From positions 843,735 through 907,734 of the forward strand of contig CAVPOM010000004.1 in assembly GCA_963707025.1 (NCBI GenBank): a stretch of 64,000 nucleotides of DNA. The letters run 5' to 3'. Position 1 is the stretch's first letter; each line of letters starts with the position of its first letter. Source of the stretch: an uncultured Verrucomicrobiae bacterium (lineage in GTDB: Bacteria; Verrucomicrobiota; Verrucomicrobiia; Limisphaerales; Palsa-1400). Below the pieces are notes generated by a model, which searched no databases, was not told the DNA's origin, and saw nothing but the letters and a program-made list of their open reading frames with translations. This document shows, piece by piece, positions 30,364 through 40,236 of this stretch. The position numbers and the translations under genes are program-made.

Positions 30364-31412
30364 ATGACAAGCGACTGTTTGACTTCGCGGAGAGATTTCC
30401 TGAAAACTTCAGTGCTCGGCGGCGCGGCGGCGCTGGCGGCCTGGCGTCTCCGCCCGGCGTGGGCTGCCCAAGCCGCGCCCGCGGCCGCGGGCAAATTCAG
30501 CAGCCGTGTCGCGCTGACCGCCGGCAACGATCGCGCCAACCTGGCCTTCCAGGCGCTGGAGCCGTTCCGAAAAGAAATCGCGGCGGCCATTGGCAACAAG
30601 CGCGTCATCCTCAAGCCCAACAACGTCGAAATCAACCACCCGCTCTGCGCCACCCACGCCGACAATTTGGAGGGCATCCTGGAATTCCTGAAGTCCATCG
30701 GCAAGAGCAACGTGATCATCGCCGAGTCGCCCGCCAGCGGTTCGGCCCTGGATGGATTTGCCAACTATGGCTACAACAAATTCGTCGGCCAATACGGCAT
30801 CAAGCTGGTCAACCTGGACACGGAGGGTTTCGAGGTGGTGCATTGCATTGACCAGAAAGATTTTCGGCCGCATCCCTGCCGCGTGTCCAAGCTGTTGCTG
30901 GATCCGGATAACTTCATCATTTCCGCCGCCAAGCTCAAAACGCATGACCGGGTTGGCGTCACCCTCTCGCTGAAAAACATCGTCGTCGGCTCGGGGATCA
31001 AAGACTCGGCGCCGGCGGAGGCAAGTCCGACAAACCCCTGATGCATGGCGGCGGAATCCACGGCATCAATTACAATCTGTTCACCCTCTCGACGAAACTG
31101 CACCCGCACCTGGCGGTGATTGATGGCTACGAAGGCATGGAAGGCAGCGGCCCGGTCCATGGCACGCCGGTGGACCAAAAAGTGTGCGTGGCCAGCCTGG
31201 ATTGGCTGGCCGCCGACCGGGTTGGGGCGGAACTGATGGGAGTGGACGCGAGCAAGATCGGCTACTTGACCTACTGCGCCCAGGCAGGCGACCGGGGAGA
31301 AGGGGATTTGAGCAGGATTGAGATCGTGGGCCCGCCGATCAAGGACCACGCCAAATCCTATCAACTGCCGGGCAACTGGGAGCAGATGACAAGCTGGCAG
31401 AAGCCGATGTGA
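30364..31412 (+). pseudogene. Tat-exported DUF362 protein with a single frameshift near 31005
   Basis: SRRDFLK Tat motif, VILKPN, KLKTH, TLSLKN; the second fragment has AVIDG and DWLAADRV. Adding one base restores IKDLGAGGGKSDKPLMHG. Confidence 0.8.
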
Positions 31413-31448
31413 CCGGCTGACCCGCATTTTGGACCTTGCGGTTGGAAA

Positions 31449-32504
31449 TCAACTTAAGCGCACGGGCACGCGGCGGGAGCCCCAGCGGCCGGCGATTTCG
31501 AAGCCGCACTGCGCGCAGCGATGGTCATTAAGACGCCACTCACCCAGAACAAACCAATCGCGCTCAATCAGCCGTTGGCCGCAGCCCGGACACCACGTGC
31601 TGCCGCCCTCGCGGTCATGAATGTTGCCGGTGTAAACGTAGCGCAGTCCGTGGGCGCGGGCGATGGCGCGCGCCCGCGTGAGCGTGGCCGGCGGCGTGGG
31701 CGGTTTGTCGAGCATCTTGTAATCAGGATGAAACGCGGTGAAATGCCAGGGCACGTCGGGCCCCAGATTGGCGGCAAACCAGGCGGAGGCCTTTTCAATT
31801 TCCGCCTCGCTGTCGTTCTCGCCGGGGATGAGCAAGGTGGTCACCTCGAACCAGACGCGGGTCTCGTGGCGCAAATACTTTAAAGTGTCGAGCACGGGCG
31901 CGAGCTGGCCGTAGCATTGGCGGTGATAAAACTCCTCGCTGAATCCTTTCAAATCCACATTCGCCGCGTCCATGTGCCGGTAGAATTCGGGGCGCGAATC
32001 GGCGGTCATATAACCGGCCGTGACCGCCACCGCCGCCAGCCCGGCCGCGCGGCAGGCGTCGGCCACGTCCATGGCGTATTCGGCAAAGATGACCGGATCA
32101 TTGTAGGTGAAGGCGACGGAGCGGCAGCCCAAACGGCGCGCGGCGGCGGCGATGGTTTCTGGCGAGGCCTCATCGGCCAGCCGGTCAAACTCGCGCGCCT
32201 TGCTGATGTCCCAGTTTTGACAGAAGCGGCAACCCAGATTGCAGCCGGCCGTGCCGAAGGAAAGCACGCTGGTGCCCGGATGGAAATGGTTCAAGGGCTT
32301 TTTCTCGATGGGATCCACGCGGAAACCACTGCTGCGGCCATAGGTGGTCAGGACCATCCGGCCTTCGACGTTTTGGCGCACAAAGCAGAACCCCCGCTGG
32401 CCGGCGGGAAGTTTGCACAGGCGCGGACAGACCTGGCAGACGATGCGCCCGTCGGGCAGCGGTTGCCACCATCGGGCCGGATAAGGAGCGGTCGCGGCAA
32501 GCAT
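31449..32504 (-). CDS. amrS: AmmeMemoRadiSam system radical SAM enzyme
   Basis: CQVCPRLC, DPIEKKPLNHF, GCNLGCRFCQNWDIS, FTYNDP, NVDLKGF and YVYTGN. Confidence 0.93.
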   Translation of the reverse strand: MLAATAPYPARWWQPLPDGRIVCQVCPRLCKLPAGQRGFCFVRQNVEGRMVLTTYGRSSGFRVDPIEKKPLNHFHPGTSVLSFGTAGCNLGCRFCQNWDISKAREFDRLADEASPETIAAAARRLGCRSVAFTYNDPVIFAEYAMDVADACRAAGLAAVAVTAGYMTADSRPEFYRHMDAANVDLKGFSEEFYHRQCYGQLAPVLDTLKYLRHETRVWFEVTTLLIPGENDSEAEIEKASAWFAANLGPDVPWHFTAFHPDYKMLDKPPTPPATLTRARAIARAHGLRYVYTGNIHDREGGSTWCPGCGQRLIERDWFVLGEWRLNDHRCAQCGFEIAGRWGSRRVPVRLS

Positions 32505-32508
32505 GACG

Positions 32509-33945
32509 TTATCCAATCTGCTCTTCAAAGTGATCCGCTTGAAAGCGCTGCAGCCGCACCGGTTCGCCCGGCCCGATCCAGGCCTTCTTCCGGGCGAAAC
32601 CCAACTGCTGGAGGCCGGTCTTGATCTCCGCCAGGCCCGGCAGCAGCAGGCCGCGCCGGCCGTCCTCAGCGGAGACCACCACGCCGTAGCGCGCGGGATC
32701 CAGCTCGTCGGCCGAAGTAACTTTCTCCATCGAGTGCAGCACGCTCACCTCAAACCGCAGGTTGGGCAGTTCCGCGGCTTGCACCGGTGGAAAGCGCGAG
32801 TCCTGAAACGCCGCCAGGCGCGCGCTGTGCCAGGTTTCAGCCACCAGGCTGGCGCAGACAGGAAGGATCGTCCCGGCGCAACCGCGCAACCGCCCGCTCC
32901 GCTCGTGCAGGGTCACAAAAACCGCGCGTTGCGCGCGGAGATATGGACCGGTGGCCGCGGGCGCAAGCTCGGAACTGCCGCGCACTGCCGCCGTGACGGA
33001 TTGGCGGGCCAGACCGGGCAGGATAACGCCCTCGCGGTCAGGGGTCTGAACTGGCGCCGGCCGCGTCCCGGCTGGATTTGATTTTTCCGCCAGGAGGATC
33101 GCCACGCCGTAGCCAACGCCGAACGGTCCTTCGTAATGGAGAACCTTGTGGCCCGCGGCCCTCCAATCCACCGCCGCCGCCGCGACCAAAGTGGAGTCCA
33201 CCGCGTCTTCTGCCGCCAATTCCCGCAGTGACGGATCCATGTTCCCAATCTCATGGTAATCGCCTTCGCGGATGAGACGAATGAAGGTTTCATCGAATTG
33301 ATGAGCCTGAGGATGAAAACCACACGGCGCGTTTGGCGTCAGACGATGACTCATGTCACCACTGGCGACGAGGGCAATGCGGCGATGAGAGGCGCGGGCG
33401 GCGGCCGCGATGGCTTGGCCCAGCTCACTCAGCCCGCCGTCCTCGGGATAATTCAGACTGAGCACGATAGTGGGTCCAGACCAGCCCGCTTCGGCCAGAA
33501 ACCAAAGCGGCACCAGCGCGCCGTGATCGAGCGTGCCGTGGTCAATCATCCAGGTGGCCAGATCGCGGCTCCTGGCCTCGGTGACGATGAGCTGGGCCAA
33601 CGACGTGTCGTTGGGCAGGTTCACCTGCGCGCCAGGAGCGTTAAATTGGGCCAGCGAGCCCCGCAGACGTTCCCCGGCCCAGATGCCGAAGGCCCGGGGC
33701 TGGCGCGGGGAGTGCGGCGAGATCAACACCAGGGTCTCCGGTCGTAAACTCATCACGCACGCCGCAGCCTCGCGCATGGCCCGGCAACTCGCCTGCGCCG
33801 CGCCGCCTCTTTCGCCCCCGACTTCAGGTACGAGGATGGGCGCGTGCGGCATCAACACGGCGCACACCACCGCGGCCGCCGGATTTTCCCGCAACGGCCC
33901 CGCTGCCTCCCCGGCGGCCGGCTTGGATAAGATGTTGGTTGTCAT
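32509..33945 (-). CDS. amrA: AmmeMemoRadiSam fusion: MEMO/LigB-like domain plus AMMECR1 domain
   Basis: MPHAP, ISPH, DHG, ASGDMSH and YEGPFGVGY, then VFVTL...LRGCAG, DSRFPPV and GLLLP. Confidence 0.88.
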   Translation of the reverse strand: MTTNILSKPAAGEAAGPLRENPAAAVVCAVLMPHAPILVPEVGGERGGAAQASCRAMREAAACVMSLRPETLVLISPHSPRQPRAFGIWAGERLRGSLAQFNAPGAQVNLPNDTSLAQLIVTEARSRDLATWMIDHGTLDHGALVPLWFLAEAGWSGPTIVLSLNYPEDGGLSELGQAIAAAARASHRRIALVASGDMSHRLTPNAPCGFHPQAHQFDETFIRLIREGDYHEIGNMDPSLRELAAEDAVDSTLVAAAAVDWRAAGHKVLHYEGPFGVGYGVAILLAEKSNPAGTRPAPVQTPDREGVILPGLARQSVTAAVRGSSELAPAATGPYLRAQRAVFVTLHERSGRLRGCAGTILPVCASLVAETWHSARLAAFQDSRFPPVQAAELPNLRFEVSVLHSMEKVTSADELDPARYGVVVSAEDGRRGLLLPGLAEIKTGLQQLGFARKKAWIGPGEPVRLQRFQADHFEEQIG

Positions 33946-34046
33946 AAAACCCTCCGCATGATTCCGGCGGGGCGCCTCACTCCGCCTTCCCTGTCAAACC
34001 TCCGAAGTCGCTGCCCTTGGCGCCGTGGATTGGAGGTTCGATGCTT

Positions 34047-34607
34047 TCATTTCCTTTGATACGTTCCCATCAATTGTCCTTCGGCGAGGATGTGGCCATC
34101 CATCGCCTTGAGCAGATCCTTTTTCGTGAGGCCGGGCTTCAGACCCGGCTTCAGGTCAAGGGCGTACAGTTTGAAGAAGTAGCGGTGCGGCTTGCCGGGC
34201 GGTGGAGCTGGCCCGCCGTAGCCGGTGCGCTTGAAATCGTTCACGCCCTGCTTGGCGCCGTTGGCCAGTTCCGGCGATTTCGGCACGCCTTCGGCCAGTC
34301 CGGCGGTGGCCGGCGGCAAGTCGTAAACCACCCAATGCACCCAGGTGCCCGCCGGCGCGTCGGGATCGTCGCAAATCAGCGCCAGGCTTTTGCTGGCGGG
34401 CGGCACACCCGACCATTGCAAGGCGGGCGAAAGGTCCTGGTCATCGAAGGCGTGCCGCCGGGGAATCGGCTGGCCCTCGGCAAAGGCGGTGGTGGTGAGT
34501 TGAAGTTTCATGGTGGCTCCGTGGGTTGGGGGATCTTCCGCATGGCCGGCCGTGACGAAACCGGCCAGCGACGCCGCGGCGAAAAGCACTTTGATTCGCC
34601 CGCTCAT
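34047..34607 (-). CDS. YbhB/YbcL family (PEBP) protein
   Basis: SPALQW, DDPDAP, WVHWVV and GYGGPAPPPGKPHRYFF. Confidence 0.93.
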   Translation of the reverse strand: MSGRIKVLFAAASLAGFVTAGHAEDPPTHGATMKLQLTTTAFAEGQPIPRRHAFDDQDLSPALQWSGVPPASKSLALICDDPDAPAGTWVHWVVYDLPPATAGLAEGVPKSPELANGAKQGVNDFKRTGYGGPAPPPGKPHRYFFKLYALDLKPGLKPGLTKKDLLKAMDGHILAEGQLMGTYQRK

Positions 34608-34897
34608 AACAGGACTTTACCCCGCCGCGCGCAATTGGAAAGTAAAAATTTCCGCCGCGACAGCCCGAATAGCGCAGTCTTCCCGGAGGAAATTCAAAAA
34701 GGAGATTCTGACCGTCAATGGCAAAACTCGAGCAGTACCACCCATAGGCACCGGCGGAACAGCGCCGGGCAATCCTTGACGTTTTTGCGGGCCAGCTTCT
34801 CTTCCAGCGCCTCCAGCCGATTCCGGGGCAAAGCACAAGTTGCATTTTCAAACCGGGGCCAACAGTTGCGGCGGAATCCCGGCGAAAAGCCCGGGTT

Positions 34898-35494
34898 TCA
34901 TTGCAAATTCTCCCGCTTTATTCCCGCCAGAAGCGAGGCCATGCGGCGGCGCGCATAGAACAAGCGGGACATGACCGTTCCGATGGAGCACTTCATGTGC
35001 CGGGCAATTTCCCGATATTCCATTTGCTCAAATTCATGCAGGACCAGCACGGTGCGGTGCTCGTGCGACAACTGGTCCAGCGCGCGGTTGATCCGCACCC
35101 GCAACTCGGCCCGTTCCAGTCCTTCGGTTGGATTGGACAGGACCACCGGCATGTGCCGCTCCACCCCGCCGGCTTCCTCTGCCATCGCCTCCAACGATTC
35201 GGCGCGCTTGCGTTTGAGCTTGCGCAACTGATCCAGGCAGAGGTTGATGACGATGCGGGTCATCCAGGTGACAAAGCTGGAATCGCCCTGAAACTGGCCC
35301 AGCCGCTGCCAACCTTTGACCCAGGCGTCCTGGGAAAGATCCAGCGCCTCATCCTCATTGCGCATCATGCTGTAAGCGCGCGCATAAACCTTGTCCCGAT
35401 GCCGGGCCACCAACTCCTCAAAGGCCTCCATATCGCCTTTTTGCGCCGACCGCACCAAGTCAACGTCGCTGGAGTTATCCTGCTGGTCCGGCAT
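34898..35494 (-). CDS. ECF RNA polymerase sigma factor
   Basis: GDMEAFEELV, region 2 (FVTWMTRIVINLCLD) and region 4 (YREIA...IGTVMSRLFYAR). Confidence 0.93.
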   Translation of the reverse strand: MPDQQDNSSDVDLVRSAQKGDMEAFEELVARHRDKVYARAYSMMRNEDEALDLSQDAWVKGWQRLGQFQGDSSFVTWMTRIVINLCLDQLRKLKRKRAESLEAMAEEAGGVERHMPVVLSNPTEGLERAELRVRINRALDQLSHEHRTVLVLHEFEQMEYREIARHMKCSIGTVMSRLFYARRRMASLLAGIKRENLQ

Positions 35495-35532
35495 AGATGG
35501 GGCGGTCCCGGCTGGGAATTATGGAGGGAAAC

Positions 35533-36216
35533 TCATAATTTTCCCTTGGTGCTGGGCAGGCGGCCGGCCAGGCGCGGGTCGCGCTGGCAGGCGGCATCGG
35601 CGGCGCGGGCGAAGGCCTTGAACAAGGCCTCGACGATGTGGTGGGGTTCGTCGCCATAAAGCAGCTCCAGGTGCAGGTTGCAGCGGGCTTCGTTGGCCAA
35701 GGCCTGGAAGAATTCGCGCGCCAGGCCGAACCGGAAGGCGGAGGAGGCGTCCTGGGTTTTTTCCTCCGCGCTGATTTTTTTGTGGGCGTATTTGGTCAGG
35801 CCGCGCCAGACCAGATGGGGCCGGCCGCCGAAGTCAATGACGCATCGGGCCAGGCACTCATCCATGGGGACATAGGCTTCGGCGGTGAAGGGATTGCGCG
35901 GGTCGAAACCGGTGCCATAGCGGCGGATGCCCATCTTGCCGCCCAGCGCCTCGCGCAAGGCCTGTCCCAGCGCCAGTCCGCAGTCTTCCACCGTGTGATG
36001 GCCGTCCACCGCCAGATCACCCCGGCAGCGCAAGTCCAAATCCATGGCGGCATGCCTGGCAAAGAGCGTGAGCATGTGGTCGAAGAACGGAATGCCCGTG
36101 GCCACGGAAGCTTTGCCTGCGCCATCGAGGTTGAGGCTCAGGGCGATGCGCGTTTCGCTGGTGGTTCGCCGCACGGCGGCGCAGCGCGGTCGCAATTTGG
36201 TTTTTGCTCTCTTCAT
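35533..36216 (-). CDS. hisB: Imidazoleglycerol-phosphate dehydratase
   Basis: RTTSET, GIPFFDHML, DGHHTVED, PMDE, HHIVEALFKA and PSTKG. Confidence 0.95.
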   Translation of the reverse strand: MKRAKTKLRPRCAAVRRTTSETRIALSLNLDGAGKASVATGIPFFDHMLTLFARHAAMDLDLRCRGDLAVDGHHTVEDCGLALGQALREALGGKMGIRRYGTGFDPRNPFTAEAYVPMDECLARCVIDFGGRPHLVWRGLTKYAHKKISAEEKTQDASSAFRFGLAREFFQALANEARCNLHLELLYGDEPHHIVEALFKAFARAADAACQRDPRLAGRLPSTKGKL

Positions 36217-36225
36217 GTTGCCTTG

Positions 36226-37152
36226 CTAAAGCTTGGCCAGGTAGCGCTCGGCTTCCATGGCAGCGGCGCAGCCGGAGCCGGCGGCGGTGATGGCTTGGCG
36301 ATAGAGGTGATCGGCGCAATCGCCCGCCACAAAGACCCCGGCGATGTTGGTGGCGGGGCCGCGCGCGGGAATGATGTAACCGTTTTCATCCAGATCCAGC
36401 GCCCCCTTGAAAAGCCGGGTGTTGGGCACATGCCCGACGGCCACGAAAACGCCGGCGCAAGACAGGAGCGTTTCGGCGTTGGTCTTGACGTTTTTGAGGC
36501 GGACGGCAGTGACTTTGTCCTGTTTGGGGTCGAGGATTTCTGTCACCACCGAATCCCAAACGTTCTTGATTTTAGGGTTGTCCAAGACGCGGCCGGACAT
36601 GATTTTGGAGGCGCGCAAGCGGTCACGGCGATGAACCAGATGGATCTGCGGGGTGAAACGGGTCAGGTAAAGCGCCTCTTCACAGGCGGAATCGCCGCCG
36701 CCCACCACGACCAGCGGTTGATTGCGAAACATGGGCCAGGCGCCGTCGCAGGTGGCGCAATAGGTGACGCCCTTCTTCTCGAGGACATGTTCGCCAGCCA
36801 CGCCCAAATGCCGGTGGCTGGCCCCGGTGGCGATGATGACCGTTTTAGTCTCCACTTTCTCGCCGTCCACGGTGAGGACAAACGGGTTTCGGGCAAGGTC
36901 CGCCTCTTCCACCACGCGCAGCACCTGGACGCGGGCGCCGAAGCGCTCGGCCTGCTTTTGCATGCGCGTCATCAGTTCACAGCCGTCAACCCCTTCGGGA
37001 AAACCGGGGTAATTCTCCACGATGCTGGTGGTGGTCAACAAGCCGCCCGGCATGGTGCCGGTGAGGACCAGAGGGGACAGATTGGAGCGCGCCGCGTAAA
37101 TGGCGGCGGTCAAACCGGCGCAGCCGGTGCCGATGATAACTACTTGTTCCAT
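36226..37152 (-). CDS. trxB: Thioredoxin-disulfide reductase
   Basis: IIGTGCAG, VENYPGF, CATCDG, GGGDSACEEA, GVFVAGD and YRQAITAAG. Confidence 0.95.
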   Translation of the reverse strand: MEQVVIIGTGCAGLTAAIYAARSNLSPLVLTGTMPGGLLTTTSIVENYPGFPEGVDGCELMTRMQKQAERFGARVQVLRVVEEADLARNPFVLTVDGEKVETKTVIIATGASHRHLGVAGEHVLEKKGVTYCATCDGAWPMFRNQPLVVVGGGDSACEEALYLTRFTPQIHLVHRRDRLRASKIMSGRVLDNPKIKNVWDSVVTEILDPKQDKVTAVRLKNVKTNAETLLSCAGVFVAVGHVPNTRLFKGALDLDENGYIIPARGPATNIAGVFVAGDCADHLYRQAITAAGSGCAAAMEAERYLAKL

Positions 37153-37539
37153 AATGGCAGTTTGCGAGTTGTCAGCCGTCAATCATGCTGGGAATTGAAC
37201 AGTGGCACAGTTGGACATGAGTTTTCAACTCGTTTAAATGGCGAAAGTTTCGGCAACGCGCACCATGCCCGGAAGCACCCATGATGACTGCAAAAAACAA
37301 AATGCGAGGAATCCCCGAATGGGCGCGACATGGAGACATGGTTGCAATGCAGCCACAGGGAAAACGTCATGAGCCGCCTGGGTGGATGGCCCGCTCGATG
37401 GCGAAGGGGCGGGACGCGCAGCGCGGCCAACTCAAACCCGGTGAATTGGCCACAAAAGAGCGGAAAGAGCGGACGTTCCGCCGCAGGAAATCTGCTGGAC
37501 TCGCCCGGCGCAAGCCGCAAATATCCATGGCATACTGAG

Positions 37540-39288
37540 ATGAATTTATTGCCCTTTGACAAGCTGGTTCCGTACCGCCCCCGCGTCTTTGTCCCGGAAA
37601 AGATTGACCTGGGCGACTGGCCGCAAATTGCCCGGCTGTTCGACCTGCTGGAAGCCCGCGCCCCGCGCTGCAAAACGGCGGCCCAGTTGCAACGCTGGCT
37701 GCTGGATGGCAGCGAGTTGAGCGCCGCGCTGGAGGAGGAGTCCTCCCTCCGCAACATCGCCATGACCTGCCACACGGAAAGCGCCGAGGCGGAGAGGGCC
37801 TACATCCATTTCGTCGAGCAAATCGAGCCGCAGCTCAAGCCGCGGCAGTTCCAACTGGCGGTCATTTATTTGCAGCACCCGCTGCGGGTCAAACTGCCCC
37901 GAAAACGCTGGTTCGTTTTCCAGCGCAACGCCCGGCTGCAGGTGGAGTTGTTCCGCCCGGAAAATGTCCCGCTGGAAACCGAGGAGGCCCGGCTCGGCCA
38001 GCAATACCAGAAACTCTCCGGCTCTCTCACCGTGCAATTCCGCGGCGGGGAACAGACCCTGGCGCAAATGGGCCGTTACCTGGAAGAACCGGACCGGCCG
38101 CTGCGCCAGGAGGCCTGGGAACTGACGGCCAAGCGGCGTTTGCAGGAAGCGGAACATTTTGAGAACAACTTCGAGCAACTGCTCCATCGGCGCGAGCAAA
38201 TCGCCGCCAACGCCGGCTTCCCCAACTACCTGCAATACGCCTTCCGGGCGCGCGGACGTTTCGATTACACGCCCGAGGATTGCCGGAAATTTCACGACGC
38301 CGTGGAAAAGGAAATCATGCCCGTTGTCCGGCAGTTGCAGGCCCAGCGCCGCCGCCAGATGGGCCTCCCGTCGCTCCGCCCGTGGGACATGAGCGTGGAT
38401 CCTTTGAACCGCCCGTCCCTTCGGCCGTTCGAGCACGTCGAGGAAATGGTGGAGCGCACGCAAAAGATTTTTGACCAACTGGATGCCAGGCTGGCGGCCG
38501 ATTTTCAATTGATGCGCCGACTGCGCCTGCTGGATTTGGACAATCGCAAAGGCAAAGCCCCCGGCGGTTACCAATCCACCTTGTCCGAATCGCGCCTGCC
38601 GTTCATCTTCATGAACGCGGTGGGCCTTCATCGCGATGTGGAAACGATGTTGCACGAAGCGGGCCATGCTTTTCACTCGCTGGCGGCGCGGGGGGAGGAA
38701 TTGCACGCCTACCGGAGCGCGCCGATTGAATTTTGCGAGGTCGCCTCCATGGGCATGGAACTGCTGGGCAACGAGTTCATGGAAGCTTTTTATGCGGAGG
38801 CCGAGGCCCGGCGCGCCCGGCACGATCACTTGGAGGGAATTGTCACCATCTTCCCCTGGATCGTGACCGTGGACGCCTTTCAACATTGGATTTATTCCCA
38901 TCCCCGCCACCGCCGGGCGGAGCGGCGGCAGGCCTGGCTGGACTTGATGGACCGCTTTGGCGGCGAGGTGGATTGGAGCGGTCACGAGGAGGCGCGCGCC
39001 CATTTATGGCATCGCCAGCTCCACATTTTTCTGCATCCCTTTTACTACATCGAATACGGCATTGCCCAACTGGGCGCGCTGCAAGTCTGGGCCAATTCCG
39101 GGAAGGACAAGGCGCGCGCCCTCCGCCAGTATCAACGCGCCCTGGCCCTGGGCGGCTCCCGTCCGCTGCCCGAACTCTTTGCCGCCGCGGGCTGCCGTTT
39201 CGATTTCACCCGCCGCACCATCAAGCCGCTGGTCCGCCTGGTCTGCAACCAATTGCAGAAGCTGGGGGAGAGCAAGGCGGCTGGTTGA
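37540..39288 (+). CDS. M3 family oligoendopeptidase F
   Basis: GKAPGGY, FIFMN, HEAGH zinc motif, EVASM and PFYYIEY. Confidence 0.93.
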   Translation: MNLLPFDKLVPYRPRVFVPEKIDLGDWPQIARLFDLLEARAPRCKTAAQLQRWLLDGSELSAALEEESSLRNIAMTCHTESAEAERAYIHFVEQIEPQLKPRQFQLAVIYLQHPLRVKLPRKRWFVFQRNARLQVELFRPENVPLETEEARLGQQYQKLSGSLTVQFRGGEQTLAQMGRYLEEPDRPLRQEAWELTAKRRLQEAEHFENNFEQLLHRREQIAANAGFPNYLQYAFRARGRFDYTPEDCRKFHDAVEKEIMPVVRQLQAQRRRQMGLPSLRPWDMSVDPLNRPSLRPFEHVEEMVERTQKIFDQLDARLAADFQLMRRLRLLDLDNRKGKAPGGYQSTLSESRLPFIFMNAVGLHRDVETMLHEAGHAFHSLAARGEELHAYRSAPIEFCEVASMGMELLGNEFMEAFYAEAEARRARHDHLEGIVTIFPWIVTVDAFQHWIYSHPRHRRAERRQAWLDLMDRFGGEVDWSGHEEARAHLWHRQLHIFLHPFYYIEYGIAQLGALQVWANSGKDKARALRQYQRALALGGSRPLPELFAAAGCRFDFTRRTIKPLVRLVCNQLQKLGESKAAG

Positions 39289-39325
39289 GAGAATAGGGCG
39301 ACGCCTTCCTCATAAGCGCCTGCGA

Positions 39326-39841
39326 TCAGCGCTGGAAAAACTTCCGCACAATTTCACGCGGCGTTGCGACGACGGGGGCGGTGACATCAAACGCCTGCAA
39401 CTCCAGCGTCAGACGCTCGAAATCAATCCCGCGCAGGTGTTCATCGCTGGTCAACAGCATGGAACATCCGAGCAACGCGAATTCGGCAAGCACCAGTGAA
39501 TCATTGATCTCTTCCCCCGGTATCAGCCCTTGTTCGCGGATCCGCTCCGCGATCCGTTCGGCAATTCCATGCCCGACGGCGATGAGATTTACTGGAACAA
39601 TACGCCATGATTGGCCAAGCTGAATTGCCTTGCGGGCGGCCTTGCGCTTTGGCCCGACGCCGCACAAAGCCAAGTTCGCCAATTCATGTTGGACAGTGGG
39701 CGGGATGAAAAAGCCAGCGTCGCGAAGCCGCTCCCGAATAATGGAAACTGCGTCAACGGTGTCATCCAAACCGTCCGCGAGGTCGAAAAGAACATTCGCG
39801 TCAACGGCGACGAGTTGTGGCCGGTTTGGTCGCGCCGCCAT
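39326..39841 (-). CDS. PIN-domain (VapC-like) toxin
   Basis: VAVDANVL, PTVQHEL, NDSLVLAE and LLTSD acidic PIN residues. Confidence 0.85.
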   Translation of the reverse strand: MAARPNRPQLVAVDANVLFDLADGLDDTVDAVSIIRERLRDAGFFIPPTVQHELANLALCGVGPKRKAARKAIQLGQSWRIVPVNLIAVGHGIAERIAERIREQGLIPGEEINDSLVLAEFALLGCSMLLTSDEHLRGIDFERLTLELQAFDVTAPVVATPREIVRKFFQR

Positions 39842-39974
39842 AGTAGAGCTTCATGAAATCTTCACCGAGTTTTTCCCGGTCCGCGTCGGTCCACTGATTG
39901 CCCTCGGCCCGCGCCCGAGCGGCGAGCACCGTGCCGACGGACGCCTTGTCGAGACGCGTTTTCTTGCGTTTCAT
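39801..39974 (-). CDS. Putative 57-aa antitoxin (below the ORF-track cutoff)
   Basis: Hand translation: MKRKKTRLDKASVGTVLAARARAEGNQWTDADREKLGEDFMKLYYGGATKPATTRRR. It overlaps the PIN gene start and is preceded by TTGAAA-N16-TAGAGT. Confidence 0.65.
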   Translation of the reverse strand: MKRKKTRLDKASVGTVLAARARAEGNQWTDADREKLGEDFMKLYYGGATKPATTRRR

Positions 39975-40123
39975 GCCGTTACTCTACCCGTTATGCGAAT
40001 AGTTTCAAACCCCAAATACACATCAGGCAGACTTTGCAGCGTGCATTGCCTTGAGGCACATTTCACAAAAGCCTTAAAGGAACGGCGTGGCCGTTAACGG
40101 TGGCGGCTATGCCGCCGCGCGGG

Positions 40124-40180
40124 GGCGGCCAGATCCACTTTGCGCTGGTTGTGGTTGTTGAAGAACTGGCAGCCTTCGCG
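40124..40180 (-). repeat. Degenerate copy of the hpnJ 3' end (42431-42487)
   Basis: 49/57 identical by manual alignment, including a perfect 24-mer GGCGGCCAGATCCACTTTGCGCTG. Confidence 0.85.
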
Positions 40181-40236
40181 CGAGGAGGCAGTTTGTCAAG
40201 TTTTCAAACGTTGGCTTCCTCCGATTTGCGCCCGTC

